This document shows, piece after piece, positions 60,701-64,000 of a DNA stretch of 64,000 nt (its first letter is position 1; the number at the start of each line of letters is the position of its first letter). Where the stretch lies: positions 62,001 through 126,000 of the forward strand of contig CAUYUJ010000214.1 in assembly GCA_963575745.1 (NCBI GenBank), read 5' to 3'. Position numbers and translations under genes: made by a program. The notes under the pieces are model-generated. The model was not told where the DNA came from, did not search any database, and saw nothing but the letters and a program-made list of their open reading frames with translations. Source of the DNA: Prorocentrum cordatum. Its lineage: Eukaryota.

Positions 60701-62958
60701 TGAACACGAGCTCTCGCCCTTTCTGCGATATCCCTGGTCGCGCGAATGTGCTCTTGACTGTGACGCAGGCAGGCTCGCACCGTCCTCTCTCCGCTGCTGC
60801 TCTGCTTGCTCTGCCTTCTGCTCCTCGCTCGTGTCCCTGCTTCTCTTCTTCTCTCTTGCTCTTTCTCTTCCCTCCTTTTCAGCGTGCGCTCTCGGCGACC
60901 TCTCGTGTGACGTTCCCGGCGTGCCCAGTGGCCATAGGTCCCACGACGCGGTGCCACCTGTGCTGTGTATAGTGAGGGTAACCACAGCAAGCCCCCTTCT
61001 CCCTCTTATCGTTCCCGTTCCTTGCCATTCCATTCCTTCTCCTTTCACTCGCCGTCCGCGTCCAGATCATCGTTCCCTCTCCCTCTTCTCCCCTCTCCTA
61101 CCCTACTCTTCGTCACCCTTTCCATTTCTCGCCATGTTCTCACCTCTTCTGCCTCCCAAACCCTTCCCACAAACTTCCCCAATCCCTCCTCTCTCTCTCT
61201 CTGCCGCTGCCTCTTGTGGGTTTTGACGCGGTGGGGAGCACGGGCACGAGGAGAGGGAGCGTGACGTGCTGTGAGGGGCGGGTGGATGTCATCCTGCAGA
61301 GAGGAGGGGATGCGCGGGAGGAGGATGGTGCAACGGGCACGGGGGAGTTACGCGGAGATGGATGCAGGGGAAGTCGGTGCTGGACAGGACCCCCACCCCG
61401 ACACGGCGATGAGTGAATTGTCCGTTCACGGTTTTCGAGACGGCGCCGCGGCCGTCATCTTCCAGGCCTGCGCCCGCCAGGTTCGGGCCCGAGGACATTC
61501 TCACTAAGCCACGTTCTGCTAAAGGGGGCTCTGCCCATCCCCGAGGAAGGAGGTTCCTTGGACGGCCGCATGCCCCTCCCCACCTCCTTCGCCCGGGGCC
61601 CACGGCGTTCGGAGGCCGTTCGGGAAACTGGCCTTGGGGGGTCTCTTCCTGGGGCTTTTTGGGAGGCGGCGGGCTCCTGGGCGTGCCGTGGGCCTGGTTC
61701 GAGATCCTTCGGCAGCAAATCATGGGAGCCTTGTGCGCCCTCGCGAGTCTGTCTTTCGTGCCGGCTGGCTTGGCGTCGAGGAGCGTCTGGGAGTCGATGA
61801 GGTAGCGCCGATTCAGCGTCGGTTAGCGTCGATTTAGCGTCGATTTAGCGTCGACTGGCGTCGATTCGCAAGAGCCGACAAGATGGTAAGGGAGGCTCCC
61901 ATGAGTTGCCGCCGAAAGCTCCCCGTGCCAGAAAACCGTGGCCCTCGGAGGGGTGTCCCGAGGCATCGGCAAGAGTGAGGCAGGGACGGGCCAGCGTGGG
62001 GAGAGCGGAGCAGCGGCGTTCCGCCCCACCGCCCGGGCGGCCCAGGCGAGAGCGGAGTTCCTCTAGCGCTGCAGCGGCACCCGCCCCGCCGCGCCAGAAA
62101 AAGCAGCCCGGGCACGTGTGTTCCCCCCCTGCTCGGCGGCGGCGCGCCGCGGGGGGCCCGGGGGGGCGAGGGGGGCCGGGCCTCCTCGCTGGGCCTCTCA
62201 GAAGCCCTCGGGCTCATCTCGCCGAGCGCATTCCACTGCTCGGAAGTGCCCACTCGCAAGCGTCAGCAAAAGCGAGGGATGGTCGATGCGATGGGGCCTG
62301 TTGGCCCCGGGGAACCCTGGGGGGCCCCTCTTCCAATTCCTCCTCCTCCTCCTCCTCCTCCTCCTCCTCCTCCCCCTCCTCCTCCTCCTCCTCCTTCTCC
62401 TCCTCCTCCTCCTCCTCCTCCTCGGCCCTTGGGGGCCCTGGGGGCCCTGGGGCCCCTGGGTGGCCCTGGGGGGCCCTGGGGGGCCCTGGGGGGCCATTGC
62501 ACTGCATCGCGTGGCCCTCCCTCTTCAAATTCCTCCTCCTCCTCCTCCTCCTCCTTCTCCTCCTCCTCCTCCTCCTCCTTCTCTTTCTCCTCTCCCTCCT
62601 CCTCGGAGCCGTGGTACTCGCAGGACTCGCCGGCGAGGTCGGTTCGGTTCGGCCGGTTCGCTTCGGCGGGCCGGTTCGGTTCGGCCAGTTCGGTTCGGCG
62701 GGCCGGTTCGGTTCGGCCAGTTCGGTTCGGCGGACCGGTTCGGGCTCGTTCTGCCAGTTCCGGTCGAGGGCGGGTCCGGTTCGGCCAGTTCGGTTCGAGG
62801 ACCGGTTCTCTGTTTCCGGTCTGGTTCGCGGCCATACATGCCCGACCTTTATGGAGAGGAAGCATGCTGCCAAATGATTTCCTAACAGATGTTTCAAACA
62901 TGTTTTGAGTACGTGAAAAAGCATGGTTGATACATTTCTAGGACATGTCTTACACATG

Positions 62959-63566
62959 TGGGACACACAAATAAATACACACAAATAAAACACATTCCCC
63001 ATAGTTTCCCATATTTTCTGTTTTTTTTGTCTTCCCCACCACTTCCCATATTTTCCAAAAATTTCTGGGGAGTCCACGATTAATTGTGTCTGTGTGTTTC
63101 TTCCCCTCCTGAAGCACATCTTTAGTTCAATGATAGGACTGTCAGAGTGCCCACTGTCGATGCACCCACAACGCCGGCCCGTGCGCGCCGAAGCCGCGCG
63201 CTCCTCCCCCCCTCGACCCCCGCGGGGTCCCGCTGGCAGGGTCGGCTCCGCCGCGGGGCCCGTGGCCGCCCGAGGGGGCCAGCGGGCGAGCGCACCCCCT
63301 TGGCCGCCGCGGGCAGCAGACACGCAGAGAGGCCCCCGAGGCCCCACGGGAGGCTGCCGTCGAAGGCCCCGTGGACCCTCGGAGGAGGCCTCGAGAGCGC
63401 TCCTCTCTCTCAGGAGGGAAAGAAAACACACAGACACGATCAACCCTCTCGATTCCCCAGAAAAGAGGGGAAACTGTAGGAAGTGGGGGGGAAGACGAAA
63501 ACCCAGGAGATGTGGGAAAACATTGGGACTCCTGCGATTTGTGTGTACTTCTATTTGTGTGTCCCA
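62959..63566. mobile_element. MITE/foldback-like element with about 155-bp imperfect terminal inverted repeats
   Basis: TGGGACACACAAATA...TATTTGTGTGTCCCA ends. 62959-63113 is homologous to the reverse complement of 63408-63566. GC-rich non-coding centre; no TSD seen. Confidence 0.65.
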
Positions 63567-63804
63567 GGGCCCCCTTCATCCTCCCCTCGGTGGGCGGGTG
63601 CACTTCGGGTGCTGGTCTCGGGGAGGCGTCCCGTTTCCCTGCTCCCGCGGGAACGCAGCGCCCTCTGGGAGCGACCGCTCCGACCCGCACTTTCTCTCGG
63701 GCAGAGTTTTGTCGGCGGGGAGGAGGAGGAGGAGGAGGAGGAGGAGGAGGAGGAGGAGGAGGAGGAGGAGGAGGAGGAGGAGGAGGAGGAGGAGGAGGAG
63801 GAGG

Positions 63805-63888
<84 letters not shown>

Positions 63889-64000
63889 AGGAGGAGGAGG
63901 AGGAGGAGGAGGAGGAGGAGGAGGAGGAGGAGGAGGAGGAGGAGGAGGAGGGTGGGGCACCTTAGCGGTGTGCCCCCATCCGTCGCCTGGACTGAAGGCT

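Noticed and set aside
1..64000. tRNA or rRNA genes, and a tyrosine recombinase that could act on the palindromic sites
   Set aside because: No cloverleaf, rRNA signature or R-H-x-x-R-Y motif set was recognised by eye. A tRNAscan, Infernal or HMM search would be needed to exclude them formally.

Overview
This is eukaryotic, GC-rich, repeat-dominated DNA with long degenerate (GAT)n/(GGA)n/(GA)n/(GTT)n tracts. The element types and candidate GC splice donors suggest a dinoflagellate (inference). Two large retroelements dominate. (1) A full-length but decayed Ty1/copia LTR retrotransposon at 23525-33167 (+), with 204-bp LTRs, a CCTGG target-site duplication and a tRNA-iMet-type PBS. Its polyprotein runs gag - long unknown region - protease - C5-DNA-methyltransferase-like domain - integrase - RT - RNase H. 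It carries four dispersed 28-bp palindromes, ATGTTCCCGG-N8-CCGGGAACAT, all in inter-domain linkers, and it is inserted into a decayed minus-strand ORF with a RanBP2-type zinc finger. (2) A near full-length non-LTR (LINE) element at about 40548-51837 (-), with a coiled-coil ORF1 and an ORF2 ordered RNase H - APE endonuclease - RT - zinc fingers - C5-methyltransferase-like domain, plus covarying hairpins downstream of ORF2. The window also holds candidate micro-exons of a + strand host gene whose introns would contain these elements, a 152-bp satellite, an exact 284-bp duplication, a 170-bp foldback, a MITE-like element and several dispersed repeat families. Most long ORFs in the track are microsatellite artefacts.
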